From contig NC_014824.1 in assembly GCF_000179635.2 (NCBI RefSeq), positions 388,707-420,706 of the forward strand: a stretch of 32,000 nucleotides of DNA, given 5' to 3'. Numbering within the stretch: position 1 is the stretch's first letter; every line of letters begins with the position of its first letter. Positions 1 to 8,284 of the stretch are shown one piece after another. Below the pieces are notes generated by a model. The model searched no databases. It had not been told where the DNA came from and worked only from the letters and a program-made list of their open reading frames with translations. The translations under genes were made by a program, and so were the position numbers. This stretch comes from Ruminococcus albus 7 = DSM 20455. GTDB lineage: Bacteria; Bacillota; Clostridia; Oscillospirales; Ruminococcaceae.

Positions 1-345
1 TGCACCCTCGTGGGACATATTGAACTTGCTTGCGCTTGTTAGGGTGACAACTATCTTTTCGCCCTCATTCAGGAATACCTTGCCGGTCTGAATGGTGCCG
101 CTGCCCGAATACTGTTGTCCGTATTCGCCTGTAAGCTCGAAGCTTGCGGGTATTGTCACGGTGTAGGTCGGATCAACGTTAAATTCGACCGTCGAGCCCG
201 CCGTTTCGGGGGTAGGGTTCACGTCAAAAGGGTCGCCGCCTTTAGGGGTGATAGTCGTATTACTGATGGCTGCTTCTGCAAAAGCTGTAACTGTCATCAT
301 ACTTGCAATTGTAAATGCGGTCATGCCGCTTATCAGTTTTTTCAT
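1..345 (-). CDS. small secreted surface-protein paralog; C-terminus cut by window edge
   Basis: ATG at 345-343 is preceded by AGGAGG (caggaggtatccacc). Signal peptide MKKLISGMTAFTIASMMTVTAFA. PTYTVTIPAS motif is shared with 3267-3764 and the N-domain of 2022-3236. Absent from the ORF track because it runs off the window. Confidence 0.7.
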   Translation of the reverse strand, partial: MKKLISGMTAFTIASMMTVTAFAEAAISNTTITPKGGDPFDVNPTPETAGSTVEFNVDPTYTVTIPASFELTGEYGQQYSGSGTIQTGKVFLNEGEKIVVTLTSASKFNMSHEGA

Positions 346-373
346 GGTGGATACCTCCTGAAATAAATTTCTG

Positions 374-615
374 TTACTTTGCTATCAAAACTGTCTCAAC
401 GTTCGCGCCGTTATCAGTCAGAGTATCGTTAAGCGTCACTGTTGTATCGGCGGGGATAGTCACGATATATGCAGGAGCTATGTCAAGAGTGACATTGGTC
501 TGACCCGACTGCGGAACGCTCTTTTCATTTATGGTCGTATCGGCAAATGCGCTCATCGGGGCGATGAGCATTGCCGCTGTGAGTAATGCGGATAAACCGC
601 TTATGATTTTTTCAT
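374..615 (-). pseudogene. small secreted protein paralog, frameshifted in an A6 run directly after its ATG
   Basis: GAAGGTGA RBS and ATG (615-613) are intact, but ATG AAA AAA TCA TAA stops at once. One extra A in the run 607-612 would give MKKIISGLSALLTAAMLIAPMSAFA... in frame with track ORF 374-571. The ATG at 571 has no RBS and lies inside the signal peptide. Confidence 0.6.
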
Positions 616-655
616 TTAATCACCTTCGATAAATATTCAAATTTTACATAATGCC

Positions 656-1864
656 TTAACCAATTACATCGTTCAAGAGTACAGAAGAAACCAACTGCGA
701 ATTGACGAAATCAAAAACAATTATTCCCATAACGCAATCTGCTCTCTTAGTAATAATGAATTCAGTGACTTTGGGATTAAGAAAATCGGCATACATTCTG
801 GGAGTCCATGTAAATGGTATGAATCCAGCAGTGGTTCCTGTTGCACTTATATGGTTGATTTTCATTCTTTCCGAATCATACGGTAAGTCGATGTTTGCTT
901 TTATCTCTCTTATTTTATCATCTTCGTTCGGAGCATTATAGTTATCTTGGATAACAAATTTAGCATTATCCCCATACACAAATCCATACCCATTCGCACT
1001 GAAAAAATGCTCGTTTAAATTATCGAGAACGACTATTTTCCCCCTCACATCATCTAACAGCGGCCAGTTGATCTGTCCATTACTTTTCCAAAACAGATGC
1101 TTATATTTTTCAAATAACGCAGATAACAGTTCATTGTAATGTTTTTTATCGTCCACACCTACGTCACGTTCGTTTTTTAACCTTACAATAATTGTTTCAC
1201 TTGGATTATCGTTAAGAAATCTATTTACCCATGTCATAAAATCTTCTAATCCATGAACACAATCTATAATCCAATGACACCCTCTTAAATCGGCATCAAT
1301 TCTAATATCAAAATATCGACATCCGTTATTTAGTTGTTCCCAAATATTGTAGGACTGCGTTTTGGCAGTGTAGTCAATACGACTTCCTGCCCCAGTAAAA
1401 TCATATGAAAGTGAATCGTGTGTTCCCGGAATATCCATCTTATTGAGAGGAGTATTACCAGCAATGCCTTTCATCCAGCATCTAAAATCTAATTTCGAGG
1501 CATCATCAGATATGACAATAAACATATCCCCATCGTGCTGCCATAATATAGATTCTGTTGACCTTGAATCATCCCCCGAAAATCCAGTTCTTTCAACAGT
1601 GAAATTACGTTTAGTTGCATCCCACATCTCAATTTTCACTTTCTTTTTAGGGTCATTTTCAAGTACATATTTTGCAATACCACGGTCATCACATCTATCT
1701 TCAAAAAAGCCTTCTGACCACTCAACATAGAATCTTGCTTTTTCCCCAGCTTCTAACTCCTTCGGGAAATCCCACGCATCCATTTGATAGGTAAAGAATG
1801 GTTCTGCCTGAATCAATTTACTTCTTGTGTTGTTAATTAAATTAACTGCTCCGCCTTGTCCCAT
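656..1864 (-). CDS. phosphatidylinositol-specific phospholipase C X-domain protein with an unassigned N-terminal domain of about 150 aa; no signal peptide
   Basis: Bacterial PI-PLC signatures are present: DIPGTHDS (catalytic His), RYFDIRID and CVHGL (second His). Start moved to ATG 1864 (MGQGGAV...), which follows AGGAGG by 8 nt. The track start at 1930 has no RBS. Confidence 0.75.
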   Translation of the reverse strand: MGQGGAVNLINNTRSKLIQAEPFFTYQMDAWDFPKELEAGEKARFYVEWSEGFFEDRCDDRGIAKYVLENDPKKKVKIEMWDATKRNFTVERTGFSGDDSRSTESILWQHDGDMFIVISDDASKLDFRCWMKGIAGNTPLNKMDIPGTHDSLSYDFTGAGSRIDYTAKTQSYNIWEQLNNGCRYFDIRIDADLRGCHWIIDCVHGLEDFMTWVNRFLNDNPSETIIVRLKNERDVGVDDKKHYNELLSALFEKYKHLFWKSNGQINWPLLDDVRGKIVVLDNLNEHFFSANGYGFVYGDNAKFVIQDNYNAPNEDDKIREIKANIDLPYDSERMKINHISATGTTAGFIPFTWTPRMYADFLNPKVTEFIITKRADCVMGIIVFDFVNSQLVSSVLLNDVIG

Positions 1865-1963
1865 ACAAATAACCTCCTTGTTTGATAGAAACATGATTTT
1901 CAAACTATAATTCTTTATGTCATATCTCAATTGTCAAACTAAGCTGTCAGTATTTCGTTTATT

Positions 1964-1998
1964 ATTCTACCGAGCCACATAACGCAGCTCGGTAGAAT
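1964..1998 (-). terminator. perfect 12-bp hairpin downstream of 2022-3236
   Basis: attctaccgagc / gctcggtagaat with an 11-nt loop, 24 nt after the stop codon. There is no clear U-tract, so terminator function is uncertain. Confidence 0.45.
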
Positions 1999-2021
1999 GC
2001 AAATAATCATTATATCACTAC

Positions 2022-3236
2022 TTACGGCTCATAGGTGTAGGGGCTTACGCTGATAGCACCTACGTTGTTGCCTATGGTCACAGTGCCGCAAACACCGCCT
2101 CCTCCAGGACCGATGCTATGTGCACCTGTATCACCTTTGCCCTTTGTGGCTGTTACCTTTGTGACGGTATTTGCAATGGTGATATTGCCACAGGATGTTT
2201 TAGATTGAACGCCGGTGTTTCTGCCGCTTCCAATACCGGCAGCACCATTGTAGCCTGTTGCAGTGATCGTACCGCCGTTGATTGTGATATCGCCACAAGA
2301 TGTATCTGGACCGCCTCCAATACCGGCAGCACTATCGCCGCCTGTTGCAGTGATCGTACCGCCGTTAATTACGATGTTACCGCAAGCAACTTGGTATCCT
2401 CCGCCGATACCTGCACCACCGGGGTTGATAGCATTGCTGTATGCAGTCAAGCTGCCGTCGCCACCAATGGTCAGAGTCTTGTCCTTAGCAATCCAGATGC
2501 CGGGGTAATTGTTATAGTCATCGCTGCCTCTGCCGGCACATATTGTATTCGTACCTTTCAGGATAATAGTCGCATCGTTTGGACAGTTGATACCTGCCCA
2601 GTCGCAATTTTTCCCGAGGTTGGTGATATTCGCATCTTTCAGCGTGACAGTCGCACCATCTGCGATGGAAATCTTGACATTTGCAGCAAGCGTACCTGTC
2701 AGAGTTACGCCGTCCTTTGCTACATAGTCGGCTGTCAATGTTGAAAGGTCAACAATAGTTTCTGCACTCTCCACCGAGATAGTAAATGTTACAGTACCTG
2801 TGTAGTCACCTGCATTCGGAGTAGTTGCAGGCTCATTGAATTTAAGAGTTGAAGAACTTGTCTGTGTGCCTGCTGCTACGTTCAATACCACATCGCCAAC
2901 AGCAACATTATCACCGCCCTTAGAAACGGTATATGTCAGTGAGTCAGTAGCTGTTGTTAACTTGAAAGCATTATCCGCATCGCTGGTGCCGGACAGTGTG
3001 ACATTAAGCTGTTCTCCTGCATTCAGGTTTACATTTCCCGCTTCAATTGTTGCCTCATTACCAAGTGCTACAGTTGCAGGGATGGTGACTGTATACACTG
3101 CACTTGAAGTCCAAGTCACATCAGTCATAGCATTTCCCTCGGCATTGTAATCAGTAGCAAAGGCGGATATAGGAACAATAGCAGAAATCATTGCAATCGC
3201 CATGACAGATGCTATTATTTTTTTAGTATTTTTCAT
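2022..3236 (-). CDS. large secreted surface protein: paralog N-domain plus Gly-rich beta-helix-like repeat C-domain
   Basis: GAGGTGA RBS. Signal peptide MKNTKKIIASVMAIAMISAIVPISAFA. N-domain carries AVYTVTIPATVALG ... YTGTVTFTISVE, like the small paralogs. C-half has repeats CGxItInGGTITATGxxxAAGIGxG, typical of parallel beta-helix adhesin-like proteins. Confidence 0.8.
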   Translation of the reverse strand: MKNTKKIIASVMAIAMISAIVPISAFATDYNAEGNAMTDVTWTSSAVYTVTIPATVALGNEATIEAGNVNLNAGEQLNVTLSGTSDADNAFKLTTATDSLTYTVSKGGDNVAVGDVVLNVAAGTQTSSSTLKFNEPATTPNAGDYTGTVTFTISVESAETIVDLSTLTADYVAKDGVTLTGTLAANVKISIADGATVTLKDANITNLGKNCDWAGINCPNDATIILKGTNTICAGRGSDDYNNYPGIWIAKDKTLTIGGDGSLTAYSNAINPGGAGIGGGYQVACGNIVINGGTITATGGDSAAGIGGGPDTSCGDITINGGTITATGYNGAAGIGSGRNTGVQSKTSCGNITIANTVTKVTATKGKGDTGAHSIGPGGGGVCGTVTIGNNVGAISVSPYTYEP

Positions 3237-3266
3237 AGTATCACCTCAAAGTATTTTAGGATAATG

Positions 3267-3764
3267 CTATTCTACCGAAATAGTGAAAGTAAGCTGGTCG
3301 GTGTATGTGCCTGCAAACTTCGCATCTGTCGGTTCTGTAAAGCTCAGAGAGCCTGAACCTGTTTTAGTTGTGCCGTCATAAGCAAACTCAAAGGCAGTAT
3401 CATTGAGTGCAAGAGCCGTGTCACCCTTCTTGACCTGATAAGTAGCAGTAGCAGCGTCAGCTGTCTTAACTGTGAAATTTGTGCCTGTTACGGTATTTGC
3501 TGCCGCTGTCAGCTTGACAAGAATTTTCTTTCCTGTTGCGAGATTAACATTGCTTGTGGAAAGTGTTGCTGTCCCACCAAGTTCCACGCTTGCAGGGATT
3601 GTTACGGTGTAAGTTGGATTAACTGAGTAGGTGACATTCATTGTGCCTTCCTTTGGTGCTGGAGTATCCTGTGTGATATCCGTAGCAAATGCCGACATAG
3701 GGGCGATCGCAGATACCATTGTGAGAGCCATTACAGCCGCTAAAAGTCTTTTCGTGTGTTTCAT
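3267..3764 (-). CDS. small secreted surface-protein paralog
   Basis: AGGAGG RBS. Signal peptide MKHTKRLLAAVMALTMVSAIAPMSAFA. Motifs PTYTVTIPASVELGG and YTDQLTFTISVE at the C-terminus. Confidence 0.8.
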   Translation of the reverse strand: MKHTKRLLAAVMALTMVSAIAPMSAFATDITQDTPAPKEGTMNVTYSVNPTYTVTIPASVELGGTATLSTSNVNLATGKKILVKLTAAANTVTGTNFTVKTADAATATYQVKKGDTALALNDTAFEFAYDGTTKTGSGSLSFTEPTDAKFAGTYTDQLTFTISVE

Positions 3765-3782
3765 GTGTAGTCCTCCTTGAAT

Positions 3783-4334
3783 TTATTTTGCGATAAGCAC
3801 TGTTTCAACGTTAGCACCATTCAGCGGTGTTTCCTGATCGAGTGCGATTGTCGATATTTTTATTGTTGCGGGATATTCACCCTCCGCAAGGGGCTTGTTC
3901 AGATGAACGTCATAAATGCAGTCGCCGGGCTTGACGTACTTCGATTCAAAGATCGTTTCACCGCTGTCTTTCAGCACAAGCTCAAACTTGAAGTAACAGG
4001 GGTTGCCTTCGGGGTTCATCAGAGCCATCTGCACATCTTCCGTGTCCTTAGCAATTGTGATCGAGGGGTAGCCGGGTATCTTGATACCGACTTCCTCACC
4101 ACCCTGGTCCTTTGGCTTTTCGCCTGTGTATTCACCTGCATTTTCGTCAAGCTCGATAATATTAGCTTTTGAAGTTGTATCCTGCTGTGTGGGTTTTGTA
4201 TCACCAATTCTATCCGAGTTTTTCCTGCTCAGATTTATCCCCAGCACGATCCCTCCAGCTATCAGCAGTACGATTATCGCTGCTACTATTACCAGCTGTT
4301 TTTTTGTAAGTGTTATGCCTTGTTTTTGATTCAT
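3783..4334 (-). CDS. N-terminally membrane-anchored extracytoplasmic protein, first gene of the surface cluster
   Basis: AGGAGG RBS. One TM helix (LVIVAAIIVLLIAGGIVLGI), a low-complexity linker, then a beta-rich domain. The C-terminal GANVETVLIAK is identical to the end of 374-571. Confidence 0.75.
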   Translation of the reverse strand: MNQKQGITLTKKQLVIVAAIIVLLIAGGIVLGINLSRKNSDRIGDTKPTQQDTTSKANIIELDENAGEYTGEKPKDQGGEEVGIKIPGYPSITIAKDTEDVQMALMNPEGNPCYFKFELVLKDSGETIFESKYVKPGDCIYDVHLNKPLAEGEYPATIKISTIALDQETPLNGANVETVLIAK

Positions 4335-4660
4335 AATGATCTACCTCCTATTAAAAAGCGCACCCTTTTTGAAAACACTTATCCCCAAGAGTACGCTTCT
4401 ATCAGTATAGTATTAATTTGAAAAGGGGCGTAGTTATGCCATGTCTGTCGATCTCTCTATCTATCTGATAATAATGATTCCGCATGGATTTTTCAACTCT
4501 TTTTTGGATATTTAACATACAATTCATGTATTTATTTTATCATCATTTTACTATTATGTCAAGTTTGTATTAATATAATTTGAATTTATAACATAAAATT
4601 TGAGCATAATGGCAAAAAACAAGTTCGAAGTTGGGCAAAGTGCGAGACAAAAAAGGAAAA

Positions 4661-4691
4661 ATCAGGCATTTGCGTTATACAAATGCCTGAT
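4661..4691. terminator. perfect 12-bp hairpin separating the minus-strand surface cluster from the plus-strand array
   Basis: atcaggcatttg / caaatgcctgat with a 7-nt loop. A T-run follows directly on the minus strand (tttttcctttttt) and 11 nt away on the plus strand. Confidence 0.5.
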
Positions 4692-4827
4692 CAGTCAGTT
4701 TGTTTTTTTCGATGCTTTTTCATGGACAAAATACGGTATCTGTCCTTGACAGGATACGTTCACTTTTGGATGACAATTTGGAGGAGCGGTGACAATAATG
4801 TTTTGCAGGACTAGGAGGAAAAATACA

Positions 4828-5193
4828 ATGAAGTATCATATTTACGTTTCAGATAACTACGATGCAGAAGATGTAGTAGATTTCTATGTGGAAAGTGAAG
4901 ATTCACCAGAGTGTATTGTTAAGGCAGTTGCGTTAAAAACAATAGAAGATAATGATCTATCAGATGATAATATTGAAAGCATCTCATTCAATACTATGGA
5001 GAATCATTATGGAGTTCTAATTCAGTGTCATGATTATCATATAATGGTGTGGCTGGCTGACGGAAACATTCCCACAATAACAATCGAACAAAAATTTCTT
5101 AATATTGCAAAAAACATTCCTTCTGATGTCCGTTATGATTCAGATAATGATAAAAAACAGCTCAAAAAAATGCTGGATGAAATTTACAAATAA
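4828..5193 (+). CDS. small acidic hypothetical protein
   Basis: ATG 4828 follows AGGAGG by 9 nt (track start 4789 has no RBS). Asp/Glu-rich product. No recognisable domain. Confidence 0.65.
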   Translation: MKYHIYVSDNYDAEDVVDFYVESEDSPECIVKAVALKTIEDNDLSDDNIESISFNTMENHYGVLIQCHDYHIMVWLADGNIPTITIEQKFLNIAKNIPSDVRYDSDNDKKQLKKMLDEIYK

Positions 5194-5211
5194 TAAAGAG
5201 GAGTAAATTAC

Positions 5212-5514
5212 ATGATTACAATTACTACACATAAAGAAGGTTTTATGCTTGAAAGGCCCGGTACACCGAAAATGTTCTTGTCATACAGCGATGCGCTTAC
5301 TCTTTCTCAGGCTGTAGATAGAATGTACCATATCGAAGATGTAAAAACCAAGCTGGAAGAAATAAACGAGTCAGAAATAACAGAAGATGATATCGATAAG
5401 ATCTGTGATGAATATGAACGCAGACTAGAAGATGATGATTCATGGAACTTTATGCTTCGCGATGTTATTTCAGAATTCAAAAAAACAAGTAAATGTAATA
5501 ATACAGTAAAATAA
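5212..5514 (+). CDS. small acidic hypothetical protein
   Basis: GAGGAG RBS. Lies 18 nt after the previous stop on the same strand. The C-half is very acidic (EDDIDKICDEYERRLEDDDSW). Confidence 0.65.
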   Translation: MITITTHKEGFMLERPGTPKMFLSYSDALTLSQAVDRMYHIEDVKTKLEEINESEITEDDIDKICDEYERRLEDDDSWNFMLRDVISEFKKTSKCNNTVK

Positions 5515-5557
5515 ACTTCCCATAATTATATTGGATTATGAGAAACAGGAGGATAAT

Positions 5558-5887
5558 ATGAACTATAAAATTTTTCAGATGAAATATTCAAATAAAACAC
5601 GAGGTGCTGTTTTTTCATGTTATGAAACAGCAAAAAAAGAGAAGCCGGATCTGTCAATAAAGGATTATGACATGGTTTATTCCGGTAAAACCGATTTATC
5701 TGGCAGTGACAGCTATGCGCTCAACGAACTGTATAACGTATTCAATATCAGACATCCGAAAGATTTCAAAGGACGCAGTATGAGTGTTTCTGACGTCATT
5801 GATCTTGAGGGAAGACTGTACTATGTTGATACCTTTGGATTCAAGAGAATAAATATTGATTTTAAGCTTATCAAAAAGGAGAACTAG
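5558..5887 (+). CDS. YodL-like domain protein (mobile-element associated)
   Basis: ATG 5558 follows AGGAGG. From memory, the pattern YKIFQMK ... ELYNVFNIRHPKDFKGRSMSVSDVI ... YYVDTFGF matches the YodL-like domain seen in Firmicutes conjugative-element and phage proteins. Not searched. Confidence 0.55.
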   Translation: MNYKIFQMKYSNKTRGAVFSCYETAKKEKPDLSIKDYDMVYSGKTDLSGSDSYALNELYNVFNIRHPKDFKGRSMSVSDVIDLEGRLYYVDTFGFKRINIDFKLIKKEN

Positions 5888-5890
5888 ATA

Positions 5891-6409
5891 ATGTATGATA
5901 CGAAAGATATAAGAACTTGCAGTGAAGATGAAAAATTAACTCAGCTTGCTGAGTTAAAAGGTCAGCTTATCGACTTCTTCGAAGAATTTCTTGATAGCAA
6001 AGGAGTTATCATCCCTAATCCTGAAAGAGACGAAGATGAAGATCTTGATCCAGAGGAAAGTGCTAATATTTACGGAAGTGATTACGATGAATTGTCTGAT
6101 AGACTTATGGAAACTATCGAGAATTGGGGGTTGTTAAAGCCTGAAATAACTGTAGATACACCTGCGGGGCAGCTTGTGGCTTATGCAGGCAAAGATCTGG
6201 ATAATCCTTCCGTGGGGATCTGCTATAGACCGCAAAGTGGCGGTGAAATAGATTTGGCTATGGCAGAAACTCAGGGGGAAGATCTTCGTAAAAATACCAA
6301 TGTAGGCAAAAAAGATGTTGTACTGTATAAATGGGAAGATCCTTTTTTGGAAGACTACACATCAAAATCAGTTTTTCACGAAAAAGACATCGAACGAGCT
6401 CTTGAGTAA
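5891..6409 (+). CDS. acidic hypothetical protein
   Basis: AAGGAG RBS lies inside the end of the previous gene. The N-half is strongly acidic (ERDEDEDLDPEESANIYGSDYDE). A terminator follows. Confidence 0.7.
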   Translation: MYDTKDIRTCSEDEKLTQLAELKGQLIDFFEEFLDSKGVIIPNPERDEDEDLDPEESANIYGSDYDELSDRLMETIENWGLLKPEITVDTPAGQLVAYAGKDLDNPSVGICYRPQSGGEIDLAMAETQGEDLRKNTNVGKKDVVLYKWEDPFLEDYTSKSVFHEKDIERALE

Positions 6410-6437
6410 CCTCTAAAATTATAAAAGTAATTATGTT

Positions 6438-6469
6438 CTCCCTGTTTTCAATAAACGGGGAGTTTTTAT
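6438..6469 (+). terminator. intrinsic terminator
   Basis: ctccctg / cggggag stem (one G-U pair), 11-nt loop, then tttttatt. Confidence 0.6.
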
Positions 6470-6526
6470 TTATTTGGATTTTCAGATATAATTGTTATAG
6501 AGTGTATCATTGATAACTTGGATTTT
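6464..6526 (+). promoter_or_regulatory. junction promoter module A plus leader box
   Basis: TTTTAT 6464-6469, ATTTTC 6478-6483, TATAAT 6487-6492. Leader box ttgataacttggatttt at 6510-6526. Confidence 0.55.
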
Positions 6527-6633
6527 AACACAGTCAGGAGGAGTATTTATAGCAAATATATAGGAAAATACAGATGATCAACTATACGAATCTGATAAAT
6601 GCAATAAAGTTAATTATTACCGAAAGGAGAAAT

Positions 6634-7161
6634 ATGATGAATAAAACTATAATTGTAATAAATGGCAAAGGCGGCTGTGGGAAAGATACGCTTTGCAATT
6701 TTGCTTCGGAAAAGTATCCAACATTAAACGTGTCATCCATTGATCCCATGAAGAAAATGGCTGAGATAATCGGATGGAACGGAAGTAAAACTCTTGAAGA
6801 CAGAAAATTCCTTGCTGATCTGAAATCTCTTGTAACACGTTATAACGACGGTGCCAACGAGTATATTCTGAAAAAAGCAGAAGAATTTGCTGGCTTACCG
6901 GAATATAAGGTCATGTTCGTTCATATTCGAGAACCCGAAATGATAGAACATTTCAAAGAAACTGTAAAACATCGTGTATGCGGCATTACTGTTGTCACTC
7001 TTCTGGTCAGCAGGAACGAAAAGGATTATCTTGTTTTCGGAAACAGAGCTGATGATGAGGTAAATAAATATAATTATGATCATGTATTTGAAAATAACGA
7101 TGACCTTCACAGCACAAAAGAGTCTTTCCTTAAATTTCTTGATTCGGTCCTGACTGATTAA
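6634..7161 (+). CDS. P-loop NTPase, phage dNMP-kinase-like
   Basis: AAGGAG RBS before ATG 6634. The Walker A motif INGKGGCGKDT resembles the GKDT P-loop of T4-type deoxynucleoside monophosphate kinases. Assignment is by motif only. Confidence 0.55.
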   Translation: MMNKTIIVINGKGGCGKDTLCNFASEKYPTLNVSSIDPMKKMAEIIGWNGSKTLEDRKFLADLKSLVTRYNDGANEYILKKAEEFAGLPEYKVMFVHIREPEMIEHFKETVKHRVCGITVVTLLVSRNEKDYLVFGNRADDEVNKYNYDHVFENNDDLHSTKESFLKFLDSVLTD

Positions 7162-7166
7162 GCGTT

Positions 7167-7205
7167 ATCTCCCTTCTTGTTTTACAAGTGGGGAGATTTT
7201 ATTAT
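7167..7205 (+). terminator. intrinsic terminator
   Basis: atctccc..cttgt ttt acaag..gggagat compound stem followed by ttttatt. Confidence 0.7.
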
Positions 7206-7260
7206 CGTATATTTTCTTGTAAAATAACAATAGTGAACATTCACTGATAGTTGGAGATCA
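7197..7260 (+). promoter_or_regulatory. junction promoter module B plus leader box
   Basis: TTTTAT 7197-7202, ATTTTC 7211-7216, TAAAAT 7220-7225. Leader box ctgatagttggagatca at 7244-7260. Confidence 0.55.
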
Positions 7261-7286
7261 AACAAACTATTACGAGGAGGATAATT

Positions 7287-8240
7287 ATGGATAATATCAA
7301 CGTAGTAAAAACACTGCATTTGTGGGAGAGAATCAACGCATCATTTAAAGGCAAAGTCTTTTTCATAAAGGACGTATACGACAGATTTACCGAAGAAAAA
7401 AAAGATACTATAAGGGGCAGAATATACGAACATCTTGGAAAAGAGTTTCAAAGAATAGGCAGAGGGATTTATTTTGCCGGATCAAAAGATGAGGCTGTGG
7501 CTTTGATAGAAGGGGATGGAAGAGATCTTTCTGTTTTTTCAAATGATTCATTCGACTGTATCATAACAGATCATCCGTGGTCTGACGAAAAGGCTAACAA
7601 AGGTGGAAACAGAAGTTTTGCAGATTATGAAACATTCAGGTACACACCCGATGACTTCAAGGAGAAGGCTCGCGTTCTTAAGGATGGCTGCTTCCTTGTG
7701 GAAATGATACCTGCCGAAAACGAATCAAACTACGAATATTTGTATCAGATCAAAAAAATGGCTGAAGCTGCTGGATTCCAGTATTATGCAAAGGTCCCAT
7801 GGACTAAAGGGACTTTTGTAGGAAATACAGGAAGAAAAGCAAAAAATCAGGAGGATATGATGATCTTCAGCCTTGGAAAAGCCCGCAGCATGAGACCTGA
7901 TGCCAAAAAGGATAAAGCTGATCCTACGGTAAAGCATTATATGAGTGGAGCTAACGGTATGCTTCCTACAAATTTTAATGTTCAGCCGCCTGATAAGAAA
8001 TCAAGGATCCATCAGGCAGAAAAACCTATGGGTCTTGTTGAACAGATCCTGGATTATCTTACCTTCGAGGGGGAAATCGTATTGGATCAATTTGCAGGCT
8101 CCGGTGTTGTAGGTGAGGCTTGCATAAATAAAAAAAGAGGGTGTGTTCTCATCGAAAAATCCAAAGAATGCATCAAAAAAATAATTCAAAGACTTGGTCT
8201 TTCTGATTGTTCAGTGATTTCTTCTTCAGCTATAGCATAA
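7287..8240 (+). CDS. orphan beta-class N6-adenine/N4-cytosine DNA methyltransferase
   Basis: GAGGAGG RBS before ATG 7287. Motif IV-like IITDHPW lies upstream of the AdoMet motif I, VLDQFAGSGVVG (the IV-then-I order defines the beta class). KP..L..QIL precedes motif I. No restriction enzyme gene is adjacent. Confidence 0.8.
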   Translation: MDNINVVKTLHLWERINASFKGKVFFIKDVYDRFTEEKKDTIRGRIYEHLGKEFQRIGRGIYFAGSKDEAVALIEGDGRDLSVFSNDSFDCIITDHPWSDEKANKGGNRSFADYETFRYTPDDFKEKARVLKDGCFLVEMIPAENESNYEYLYQIKKMAEAAGFQYYAKVPWTKGTFVGNTGRKAKNQEDMMIFSLGKARSMRPDAKKDKADPTVKHYMSGANGMLPTNFNVQPPDKKSRIHQAEKPMGLVEQILDYLTFEGEIVLDQFAGSGVVGEACINKKRGCVLIEKSKECIKKIIQRLGLSDCSVISSSAIA

Positions 8241-8245
8241 AAGAA

Positions 8246-8273
8246 AGAGGTTGTCATAGCGACAGCCTCTTTT
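8246..8273. terminator. bidirectional terminator between convergent methyltransferase and primase genes
   Basis: agaggttgtc / gacagcctct 10-bp stem (one G-U pair), 5-nt loop, with an A-run before and a T-run after. Confidence 0.65.
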
Positions 8274-8284
8274 AGCTTGAAGGA

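Noticed and set aside
115-503. Plus-strand ORFs 115-366 and 315-503
   Set aside because: They are antisense to the two small secreted-protein genes and span their intergenic RBS region. They have no RBS of their own.
2118-3150. Plus-strand ORFs 2118-2744, 2263-2508 and 2836-3150 inside the large surface-protein gene
   Set aside because: They are antisense shadows of a repeat-rich, stop-poor gene. They have no RBS, their products are low-complexity, and the minus-strand gene has an RBS, a signal peptide and paralogs.
4610-4750. 46-aa plus-strand mini-ORF (MAKNKFEVGQSARQKRKNQAF...) in the 4335-4827 spacer
   Set aside because: It has no convincing RBS, and it reads straight through the 12-bp perfect hairpin at 4661-4691. 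Probably non-coding.
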